Shown here: positions 51,340 to 61,425 of the stretch, in pieces
How the letters are laid out: each line of letters begins with the position of its first letter
Numbering within the stretch: position 1 is the stretch's first letter
Notes under the pieces: model-generated
What the model saw: only the letters and a program-made list of their open reading frames with translations
Told to the model about the DNA's origin: nothing
Database searches by the model: none
Position numbers and translations under genes: made by a program
NCBI GenBank assembly: GCA_963693365.1
Contig: CAVNZM010000010.1
Location: 6,883,794-6,947,793, forward strand
DNA: 64,000 nucleotides
Reading direction: 5' to 3'
Origin: Amoebidium appalachense
Lineage: Eukaryota > Protista > Ichthyosporea

Positions 51340-52540
51340 GAGGACCACTTTATATGATCATATTTTCTTCCCATCCATTTCTACCCCCTAAGTCCCCTAT
51401 GATGTCCAAGACTAGTTTTAGTGCATTTTATACGATCCATATTGTTTTTTCGCTGTTATATGCACAACATATGCACTTTTAATGATCGACAAAGTGTCTG
51501 TATGTGCTCTTGTAGATGGACCTCATCCACGACGTCATAGATGGTATGTGGATTGGGTGGTGCACATGATAGGCATATATGGTTGCTTTAATGTTGCTGG
51601 ACGCTATTCCTGGTATACAGCATCTTTTTGACGTCTTTAAGTGGTCTGTTAATGAACCTTTTAGGAACATTTAGTTGTCATGAGGGAAAACCATATTTGC
51701 ATCTTATATGGCCTTTACGTGGTCTTTTAGATGCCTTTCGGATGGGCATCATGAGGTTTCTGGGATGGGTTTGTGACATCTTTTTGACCCTGGCTCGATC
51801 TCGATTCCGTGCACTTGAAGGCATCTACATGTGGACCTATGGTGTTGATGATGTGGTATTACAGATCTCTGAATATCCTATCCTTTTCCCATCCATATGT
51901 ACCCCCTAGGTACCCTCAGATGTCTAAGTGTATTTCTGGTGCATATTATATCATCATTCCTGATTTATCCCTGTTCTAGGCACAGCATGTGCACTTTATG
52001 ATATCTAGTTAGGGTCTCTATGTGATCTTTGCGATGGTCCACATCCACGACGTCATAGATGGTTTGTGGATTACCCGGTGCACATGATAGGCATATATAG
52101 ATGCTATAATGTTGCTGGATGCAATTCTCATACTAGAATGGAGTCCACAGCATCTCTCTAGGGTCTTTAAGTGGTCCTTGTATGCACTTTTCAGGAGCCG
52201 TTAGTTGTCTGAAGATGAATCTATATATGCACATTATGGTGTCTTGCAATTGTCCCTTTGATGTGTTTTGGATGGTCATCATGAGATTCCTGGGATGGGT
52301 TCGAGGCATCTTTTGGACCCAGGCTAGATCGATTCCGTGCACTTTTAAGCATCGCAAGATGGACATCAGGTGAATGTAAAGATGCTATATTGATAAGTTC
52401 TGATATCTTTTTAGCCATAAACTTATACCATTTGGATGTCAACATGTATATAATGATATCAGCAGGAGAATGTAAAGATGCTATAACGATAAGTTCTGAT
52501 ATCTTTTTCGTAGTAAACCTATACTATTTGGATGTCAATA
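51340..52540. repeat. Two diverged ~518-bp tandem units followed by two ~96-bp units
   Basis: CATCCACGACGTCATAGATGGT at ~51524 and ~52042; CAGG(T/A)GAATGTAAAGATGCTATA at ~52367 and ~52463. Confidence 0.8.
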
Positions 52541-52883
52541 TATTGATGCATCCGAAATGTACTCTGATCGGAGAACTTAGCGGCCATAAGTACTCTGACC
52601 GCAGTACTTTAGGAATGCTTGTTTCGGAAGGATACCGCGAGCTATTGGGGCCCAGGAGCCCGCTTTTTTTTGTACAGCCAGTAAGAAAACATAAGTTTAC
52701 ACCTTTTTTGTCTTTGGTACGGTAACTAACAAGGCCTTCCCTAGCTTTTATTGGTTGCCGACGCTGTTGCAAGTTTTTGAATTCATGCTCGACAACAACA
52801 TGATTCATGATCAAACGGACGAAACTTGCTGAGTCCGCGAACACAACAAGCCATGGGTTTCATGTGAAAGATGAGCGCCCAAC

Positions 52884-54917
52884 ATGGCCGAAACATTAGA
52901 CCCAATAGAGCCACTTTATTCTGGAGCTCGTGTCTGTTGTTTTGCATACATATTTGACGGGGTTCAGGGGGAAGATTTCACAGATGACACCACACGTTGG
53001 TCTTACAAGAAGTTCGGCCTGAGTTGGGACACACAAATACTGGTTGGCACAGTAGTGAAACGATGCAAGACAAACGAAGGCAGTGAATGGAAAGTAAAGT
53101 TTGATTTTGACGGTACCACAGAAGTAGTTCTGCGCCATCAGCTAACTTTAATAGATGAAGAAGACAGTGAACACACAAGTAGCGAGCTAGAGAGTGATAG
53201 TGACGAAGATCCAGATGGAGACATCCAACAAGTAGAGATTCCTGTCACAGACAGTGAGAATGAAGATGAGATAGAACTTGTAGATGAACAAGTAGAGTTA
53301 CCTACCCCCACCGACCCCACGTGCACCTTGCAATGGACCATTCCAGATGAGCAAGTACTTGACAAAAGAACAGGCCCACGCAGAAAACCAACCATTCCAC
53401 TAGCACTAAACAAGCGCAAGAGTGTTCTGTGTTTGTTTGAACACTTCATGCCTATGGAGTATCTCTTCACAGCAGTCATTCCACTCACAAACGAAGTAGG
53501 TCGTGCACGTTACAAAAATTGGGTTGACTTAACCCCGGGTGAGCTACTTAGGTGGTTGGGTATGTGGATTTACATGGCTGGAACATTTGAACCCGGCTCG
53601 AGATCGAACTACTGGACGTCGGCAGCAGAGAACCCAAGCCGCATATTTCCCGTACAGGACTTTGCCCGCTTCATGACCGAACACCGGTTCGAAAACATCC
53701 GTGCCTGCTTTACCGTCACCGACATCACTCAATATCCGGAGGATGATCCACTGAAAGACACACGCGGTTTCATGGAAGCACTGCAGAGTCGGTGCCGTTG
53801 CTCTATCGAGCCCGGGGATGAATTATGCGAAGACGAGGCCATCTTTGCCAGCTATCATTGCAACCTTCCGTGCCAAATCTACATAAAACGAAAACCCCAC
53901 CCTCTCGGTCAAGAAATAAAAACTCTACACGACTGTGTAACCAACATACTCATTAACTTCGAAATGAACGAGGGGAAGCTTAGGATGGCTAGCAAACCGT
54001 ACCGACAGTTGGGAGCTGGAACAGGCACCACCTTGCGTCTTCTAACCCCATGGGCCAACCCCACCCACCGTAACCCCAGAACGATCGTCGGAGACAGCTG
54101 GTTTGGGTCAGTAACCGGGACAAGGGAAGTGTACAAAATCGGATTCTACGCACTTTTCAATGTCAAAACCGCAACCAGAGACTTTCCCCTCAACATGTTG
54201 GACCTTCTATGTGAGGAAGGACGTGGTGTATGGTCGGAGGCAGTGTGCAGTGTGGACGGAGTAGACCTCGTTGCGGTGTTATGGAGAAACAAGAACTACA
54301 GTATGAAAGTGATCACCTCATGTTCAAGTACTCAGCCGGGTCAACCGAGAAAATCACGAAACGGAAATGACGTCCCCCAACCGAAAGCAGTCGAAGAATA
54401 CTTCGAAAACTACAACATGGCCGATATATTCAACAAAACACGAATGTTAAACGGCTCTGTGGACGAAGCCTTGGGCACTAAACGTCACCAACTCCGCACC
54501 TTTGGGGGGCTTCTGGGGTTTGTAGTAGCAAACGTACACTTTGCATACAGATACTTTGGCAAATCCACAAACACGAGCATGGACACAAGGCGTGAGCTAG
54601 CAGAAGCACTCATATGCAACCCCCACCTGCCTGCACTAGAATACCCCCTTCCCCCTGCTGCTCCTGCCCCCCATGCTCTACACGGACACCAGCGTGCCAG
54701 AAAAGAAAGAAAAGGTAGATGCGTTCTCTGCTTTAGGAACAAAGGGGAACGCCACCAGACACATACCTACTGCATCAAGTGTAATGTGTTTCTCTGCAAT
54801 GATCAAACACGTGCATGCTTCGAAAACCACATCACATATGGTGTTCCTCCACGCACACGCACCCAAGTCAACACAAACACAGGCCCGGTACGATCACGCA
54901 GAAACACTACACGTTAA
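52884..54917 (+). CDS. piggyBac-family DDD transposase (intact, intronless, 677 aa)
   Basis: CEDEAI, YIKRKPHPLG, GDSWFGS and NMADIFNK (DDD triad), plus a C-terminal Cys-rich domain CVLC..HTYCIKCNVFLC..CFENH. Confidence 0.93.
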   Translation: MAETLDPIEPLYSGARVCCFAYIFDGVQGEDFTDDTTRWSYKKFGLSWDTQILVGTVVKRCKTNEGSEWKVKFDFDGTTEVVLRHQLTLIDEEDSEHTSSELESDSDEDPDGDIQQVEIPVTDSENEDEIELVDEQVELPTPTDPTCTLQWTIPDEQVLDKRTGPRRKPTIPLALNKRKSVLCLFEHFMPMEYLFTAVIPLTNEVGRARYKNWVDLTPGELLRWLGMWIYMAGTFEPGSRSNYWTSAAENPSRIFPVQDFARFMTEHRFENIRACFTVTDITQYPEDDPLKDTRGFMEALQSRCRCSIEPGDELCEDEAIFASYHCNLPCQIYIKRKPHPLGQEIKTLHDCVTNILINFEMNEGKLRMASKPYRQLGAGTGTTLRLLTPWANPTHRNPRTIVGDSWFGSVTGTREVYKIGFYALFNVKTATRDFPLNMLDLLCEEGRGVWSEAVCSVDGVDLVAVLWRNKNYSMKVITSCSSTQPGQPRKSRNGNDVPQPKAVEEYFENYNMADIFNKTRMLNGSVDEALGTKRHQLRTFGGLLGFVVANVHFAYRYFGKSTNTSMDTRRELAEALICNPHLPALEYPLPPAAPAPHALHGHQRARKERKGRCVLCFRNKGERHQTHTYCIKCNVFLCNDQTRACFENHITYGVPPRTRTQVNTNTGPVRSRRNTTR

Positions 54918-55676
54918 AGTACCTTCTGCCCACTGGTCAGTTTCTGTACATTGCGCAACACTCATTTGTCGTTTTCGGATTAGGTGTGATTTGTTTGGTT
55001 TTTATTCGTTTCTTCGAAACTGTTTGTGGTAACTAGATGCTAAAAGGGTTATTTGAAGTGTGTGTACCGAAAAAAACGAATTTGAAAGCTGATGTCAATG
55101 TTTCTCAAACGAAAAATGCACCTGTGGTGCAAAAGCAACAACGTGAACGTTTAAAGTATGCATCTTTGGCACACATTTGTAACAAGTTTGACGTTTTTCT
55201 TGGCTCAGGCCTATGGCCTCCCGGTGCCAGAACCCGTAAAGTGCAAAATAAGCCATACCAACAAGCATTCCGAGAAATTATTGTAGTCATGGGGTGCGCA
55301 AACACTACAAAGTTCTCCGTAAATTGATGCTCAAAATCGTTGAATGCCTACCATTACTTACTAAGCCACTACCCCGCCAAGAATTTTTCTACGGTTTTTT
55401 TGTGATGTGCTTGTTCCCTGTCACGTTAGGGTAAAATGGTGAGAAAAAGAGAGTAACACGTGCAAAACTGACCCTGCGCCAGGCGTTTTTATATGATGAC
55501 GTCATACAGTACTCTGGTTGGAGCGTTTATCGATTCAGGTCGGATCAGTATACCTAAAAGGTTGGGTTGCAGTCCACTTAAACTTCTGACATCGGCACAG
55601 CGCCTATATGTTACAGGCTACTGACACACGTGAAAACCAAACCCCCTACACCCCCACTCATCAACAAACAGAAAAT

Positions 55677-56840
55677 TTACTCTGCGTCTTCGCCCATCTC
55701 CTCGTCTGGCTCTGGCCCAGCCTGTCCGAGAAACAACTCTTGTGCTTCCTCATCGAAGCCACACATGGCAAGGTATGAGGGAAGCTCTATGTCGTCCATT
55801 GAAGCGCCCATCTCTGCAACTAGCCCAGGGAGGTATTCTCCCATGTCTATTGGGTCGCTATAACGGAAATTCCCACTGGCGGCTCTGACTGTGATATATT
55901 GGTAGATTGCCGTCCACAACTGTTGCTCCCTGTCTTTCAGGTTTTTTTGAAACACCCTGTTTACCTCGGCTTTTGTGTCTGGGTGCGACCAGTCAATCTC
56001 GGCGTTAATGTTGGGCAGCACAGTTTCCATTTTTATCCGCGTGTAGTACTTTTGGCATGTAGCGAAGTGGAGAAGGTGCCAACCACGCACTTCTTCAAAG
56101 GATATCTCCACAACTTTATCTTCCTCCCATGTAAAATTACAGGCCCCTGGCACCATGAGTTGTCGTACAGCCGCCGACGTGTCGCGGTTAAGGACGGCAA
56201 TATTTGCGAGCCTAACCATATGGTCGGCGAATGCAGTGATAAATCGTTGTTGGGCATCGTTCAACGAAGCGGAGATGTCTGTCTGTGCTGCCAAATGAGC
56301 ATCCCTGACCATTCGGTATGTATCGACGGCCATACGCTGTGTTATGTTCCCGCCAATACCGTCCATGGCGCCAGTGTGGAAGGCCCAGGCGTTGAGCACT
56401 TGCCGTTTCAGCAGTTGTAGACTGCGGTTTGTACGCCTCCCCTTGTCGGTTTTGCGGTATGCAGTCTGGTTTTTTCGCTTGCGGTAAGCAATCCATGTAG
56501 CGCGTTCATATTCTGAATCATCGCTCACGGCCCACACTAGTGCATGCTCAGCCTTAGGAACGCGATGGGTCTGCAGCAGCATGCCTATTTCGTAGCCAGT
56601 GTAATGGCGAATTGTATCTCGGTGGGCGTCAATAAGGTGTTGAGAGAGAACACGGATGCCCTGTTTATTACACAGGGCGCAGAAGCCCGCGGGGTGCCTA
56701 GAACCCTCGTCACATGCCACGTATTCACCATGGTGTTCAACGTAAAAGTTAACGTATGCAGTCACCATTTCTGAGGTAAATGGTGAGCCCTGTGTAACAG
56801 CATGTGCGGGTGCATTTACAGCAACGTTTCGGGCCGCCAT
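55677..56840 (-). CDS. Hypothetical 387-aa protein with a C2H2-like Zn finger and a basic segment; probably element cargo
   Basis: Long intronless, non-repetitive ATG ORF; CALC-x10-H-x4-H; RKRKNQTAYRKTDKGRR; acidic tail. Confidence 0.7.
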   Translation of the reverse strand: MAARNVAVNAPAHAVTQGSPFTSEMVTAYVNFYVEHHGEYVACDEGSRHPAGFCALCNKQGIRVLSQHLIDAHRDTIRHYTGYEIGMLLQTHRVPKAEHALVWAVSDDSEYERATWIAYRKRKNQTAYRKTDKGRRTNRSLQLLKRQVLNAWAFHTGAMDGIGGNITQRMAVDTYRMVRDAHLAAQTDISASLNDAQQRFITAFADHMVRLANIAVLNRDTSAAVRQLMVPGACNFTWEEDKVVEISFEEVRGWHLLHFATCQKYYTRIKMETVLPNINAEIDWSHPDTKAEVNRVFQKNLKDREQQLWTAIYQYITVRAASGNFRYSDPIDMGEYLPGLVAEMGASMDDIELPSYLAMCGFDEEAQELFLGQAGPEPDEEMGEDAE

Positions 56841-57879
56841 TTTTGTTCAATCATTGGTGGATAGCAGTATGCCAGGCAGCAAAAAGCTACTGTGCATGTG
56901 TGGCCGTGAGCATATGCAAACCTACTGACTGACTGACTGATGATATGGTTTCCACAGTGTGATCGACTCCGCGCGCCGCGCGCCGCTCCGGGCGGTGCGC
57001 GGCGTGGAATGAAAGCCAATGAATATTCACGGATTTGAGAGATAGGATTTCGCGTCATGTGATTGGATCACATAATTTTTCTGGAGGCGTGCAAAGCACT
57101 GGCAGACCACCATCCTTGCCGGGAGACCGCAAAATTGATTTTGATCACGCTTTAATGTGGTAGAACTGGCTCAGGAATTAACAGCTGAAAATTATAAGAT
57201 TTATAAAAGTAATACTTTGATAAAACACGCCTATATTATTCATTTAAAGGTTGCCAGACAGAGGCGTGCAAATGAAGGGAGCCAGCCATTCCACCCATAT
57301 GGCTAGTGTAGATAATTACCAACAACCTTGGTTGTAAAGATATATTTTGATATAATTTATAACAGATAATAATATTGTTGCATAAATGAATGATTCATGA
57401 AAGAAGTCGTATCAGATATGGCAGAGGAGCAACACCCTTGTGTCACAGACTTGGTGCACGTGCGCGTGCACAAATTCCATCGTCCGAGACATCATAAACC
57501 CGCCACTAAGTCGTCATTTAGTTGTCCATACGGGCCCATGTGGGCGGGCAGGCTTACGGTAACTGTCAGCATTGTTACTAGATATACTAATGGCCACAAC
57601 CCTTTCCGTTATTTGTTAGCTGATGTGGCCACTACAGGGTCCACAGATACATATAGATGCGGCAACGATTGGCATTATTAAGTGAATCCAAGCCGAAAAC
57701 AAAAATTATGCACTCGATTCAGACATCAACATATTGTCAAACAGATCTCATAAAGATATCCGAAAGGTTCGGATGTGGGGGTGATCGAGATGGGAAAAAA
57801 GGAAAATGTAGTCTAAAAGTCCCCATAAAGGCATCTTTTAAGGGTACGACAATTTGCATAGCCTCACCCATTGCTACCT

Positions 57880-58562
57880 CTACATATTCACGAACCGGTT
57901 AACCAGGAACTTCTTCTGCACCCCGTCTTGTGCATACATGGGGATACAGTGGAAAGTCCCCAGTATGGATTCCACGTCGATGACGTCGTATCTGGGCCTC
58001 CTCCGGGCACCCGTCCCTGTCATTTCCACTTGGAGTTTCTTGCACCCTGTGAGGGGATCCACCTCCACCTCGGTGTAGTACCGTACAAAGGCAAGCTGGT
58101 GCAAGACCTTTTCCGACGCCCCCGGTTGGCCATCCTCAGCGCATTCCTCCGTCTCGCACGTAAATAGGAGCACCGTCCGTGCGTACCAAACTCCGTCCTG
58201 ACCCTGGATCACGATGTCGTCGTACCGGTCACGCCGCCCGTAGAACTGGTCACACGCCACCACTCTATGCCACACCCTCTCATCCGGCACTCCCAGCCTG
58301 ATGTAGCAGCTGTTGTACACCTTCACCTTGCAGCCCAGTGGAACAGGCAGTGTATGACGGTCAACGTTGCGGGCCTGTGCTTCGGACACGGAGGCCAGGT
58401 GCAGCTGCGTCTGTAATGGCAGATACTTGAGGCACTTGCTGCGGTCCGAGCCCAGGAAGGGGCTTGGCACAAACTCCTGGCCAGGGGGAACAAAGAACTT
58501 GTCCAGGGTAGACCACAGCAGACCGGTCTTATCGAGGCCCGGGTGGCTCTTGATCTTTATAC
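57880..58562 (-). CDS. Last exon of a Plavaka/CACTA-like transposase (C-terminal BAH-like region)
   Basis: FYGRRDRYDDIVIQ..WYARTVLLF..LAFVRYY..YDVIDVESILGTFHCIP..FLVNRF resembles C-termini of Plavaka-type transposases. A CCTGCAG acceptor lies at 58563; upstream exons are not in view. Confidence 0.65.
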
Positions 58563-58829
58563 CTGCAGGGTAGACACAACCTCAAAAACCAATTACTCGC
58601 TACGTTTACCATATATGGTGCTGGTGTCCCCCTAGACCTTAGGAATTTGCCACGACGTCCCCCTTCCCCTTCTCCCCCCCTACACCACACACACACAAAC
58701 ACACATAATACATACACACACCCACAATTACACAACCAAAACTGACATCGTAATGTCAGTTTTGCTACATTTAAAAAATGAGAATAAAACGATGTATGTA
58801 ACCATATGGGCGGGGTTTAGGGGGCTTTA

Positions 58830-60365
58830 GGGCTGTAGCCCTGGACCTTGGCCCACACCTCCCTAGTACCTATATGCTGCTATTCCCAAAACATGGATGC
58901 TCCCAGGCCATTGGTTCGTGGGTGGCAACAAAAGTGCACCTAGCCATATGAAGGCACATATGGGAAAAACGCACCCGCCGGGTGGGAAAGTGGGGGGGCT
59001 TGGTGGGGGTTTGTGGTGCACGGCTAAAACTCGGTGCACACGTTCCTAGCACCCATATTCTATTTTAAACCAAGTTTTAACTGCTACTTGCACGTGGAAC
59101 ACGTTGTATTCATTATCTGGTGGTGCCCTGAGTGGTTGATGTTGCACATGTAGAAAAAATACCATTTACGGGTGTAAATGTAGGGGGGTTTTTTTTGGTA
59201 TTTTGGCTGCAGCCCTGTAACTTGGCCCACACCTGCTTAGTACCTATGTGCTGCTATTCCCAAAACATGGATGCTCCCAGGCCATTGGTTCGTGGGTGGC
59301 AACAAAAGTGCACCTAGCCATATGAAGGCACATATGGGAAAAACGCACCCGCCGGGTGGGAAAGTGGGGGGGCTTGGTGGGGGTTTGTGGTGCACGGCTA
59401 AAACTCGGTGCACACGTTCCTAGCACCCATATTCTACTTTAAACCAAGTTTCAACTGCTACTTGCACGTGGAACACGTTTTATTCATTATCTGGTGGTTC
59501 TCTGAGTGGTTGATGTTGCACATGTAGAAAAAATACCATTTACGGGTGTAAATGTAGGGGGTTTTTTTTTGGTATTTTGGCTGCAGCCCTGGACCTTGGC
59601 CCACACCTCCCTAGTACCTATATGCTGCTATTCCCAAAACATGGATGCTCCCAGGCCATTGGTTCGTGGGTGGCAACAAAAGTGCACCTAGCCATATGAA
59701 GGCACATATGGGAAAAACGCACCCGCCGGGTGGGAAAGTGGGGGGGCTTGGTGGGGGTTTGTGGTGCACTGCTAAAACTCGGTGCACACGTTCCTAGCAC
59801 CCATATTCTACTTTAAACCAAGTTTCAACTGCTACTTGCACGTGGAACACGTTGTATTCATTATCTGGTGGTGCCCTGAGTGGTTGATGTTGCACATGTT
59901 ACAGTAGAAAAAATACCATTTACGGGTGTAAATGTAGGGGGTTTTTTTTTGGTATTTTGGCTGCAGCCCTGTAACTTGGCCCACACCTCCCTAGTACCTA
60001 TATGCTGCTATTCCCAAAACATGGATGCTCCCAGGCCATTGGTTCGTGGGTGGCAACAAAAGTGCACCTAGCCATATGAAGGCACATATGGGAAAAACGC
60101 ACCCGCCGGGTGGGAAAGTGGGGGGGGCTTAGTGGGGGTTTGTGGTGCACGTCTAAAACTCGGTGCACACGTTCCTAGCACCCATATTCTACTTTATACC
60201 AAGTTTCAACTGCTACTTGCACGTGGAACACGTTGTATTCATTATCTGGTGGTGCCCAGTGAGTGGTTGATGTTGCACATGTAGAAAAAATACCATTTAC
60301 GGGTGTAAATGTAGGGGGGTTTTTTTTTGGTATTTTGGCTGCAGCCCTGTAACTTGGCCCACACG
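58830..60365. repeat. 374-bp tandem repeat, ~4.1 highly similar copies
   Basis: Unit starts CTG(T/C)AGCCCTG..CTTGGCCCACAC at ~58833, 59207, 59581, ~59962 and ~60339; one unit carries a 6-bp insertion. Confidence 0.95.
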
Positions 60366-60459
60366 CAGGGGGGTCTTGATGGGGTTTTAAGCTACATGAG
60401 GGCATGTATAGGAAAAACACTCCCAAAAACACTCCCTCGGGTGGGAATGTTGTTCTTTT

Positions 60460-60506
<47 letters not shown>

Positions 60507-60507
<1 letters not shown>

Positions 60508-61223
60508 GTCGTATCCTAATATATGTGTACTAGAGACGCGGCACTCTACTAAGTGTACACACACGAAAAGGAACGAACGTGTACAGAAAAACGGTAAAGT
60601 TTATTCAGACCAGGCTCCGACGGGCAAACTTAGATCCGAACGGAATGAGTCTAAGTTACGACTGAGGCCATCAAGGCCGTGCCCTACAAGATCATCATCA
60701 CCTGGCCCCCTACGATGCCACATTCCATTAACATTCCGATCTACTTTTATCGTGCGCCTGCACGAGCTAAGTCGATCTACTCAACTAATATATTTATCCA
60801 AGTCTCACCCCTCACCCTCCCCCTAGTGGCACCGCAGAGTCTAAATCTACATTTCATACTATCCTCCCCCCCCCTCCCTCCCCCCTTTCCTCTACATCTA
60901 CATATATAAATACGTTTGGCAACATATACTATCAAACCTTGCCAATCCTTACAAAAGGGCTTCTGCCCGAACAATCACATTCCTAAGTCCTCCTACGATC
61001 TATCCTACACACTAATTAGAATTCTATTGGTCGGCTGTCCCGGCTGACGTGGTCCAATGCCCTGCGCCGGCAGAGGCAAGATGCACGCAGCTGTTCAGCT
61101 ATCTTGAGGCCCCGGACTTGATCTTGAGGATCTGTGGACCCGGGCCACCCCCCCCCCCCCCCCCCCCCCCCGATCTCGATCGTAGACTTAGGCTAATCTG
61201 CTGAGACGGATTAGTATATGTCA
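60507..61223 (-). mobile_element. 3' LTR of the Gypsy element
   Basis: TG..CA ends with imperfect inverted termini (TGACATAT..ATACGACA on minus), preceded by a G-rich PPT; AATAAA near 60600; abuts a poly(G) tract. Confidence 0.7.
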
Positions 61224-61425
61224 ACTCCCCCCCCGGCCCCCGGAAAAGCTGAGTCCCACCTCAGTCACATTACATCTAACACCCCCTAAAAAGACATAGA
61301 CTAATCAGTCTCCTAAAAAAATTAAATTAAATGAATGACGAAGAAAAATAATAAATTAATCTACACCATAAGCTTGATACCTACGGAGACACCTATGATA
61401 ATAAATTAAATTCCTACGACTACGT

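Noticed and set aside
52884-58562. Endogenous giant virus or Polinton segment (intronless ORFs)
   Set aside because: No capsid, packaging ATPase, polB or other viral hallmark is visible; two of the three ORFs are transposase-like.
58830-60365. CRISPR-like array or repeated small ORFs
   Set aside because: Whole units repeat with no unique spacers; the ~60-aa ORFs simply recur with the unit.
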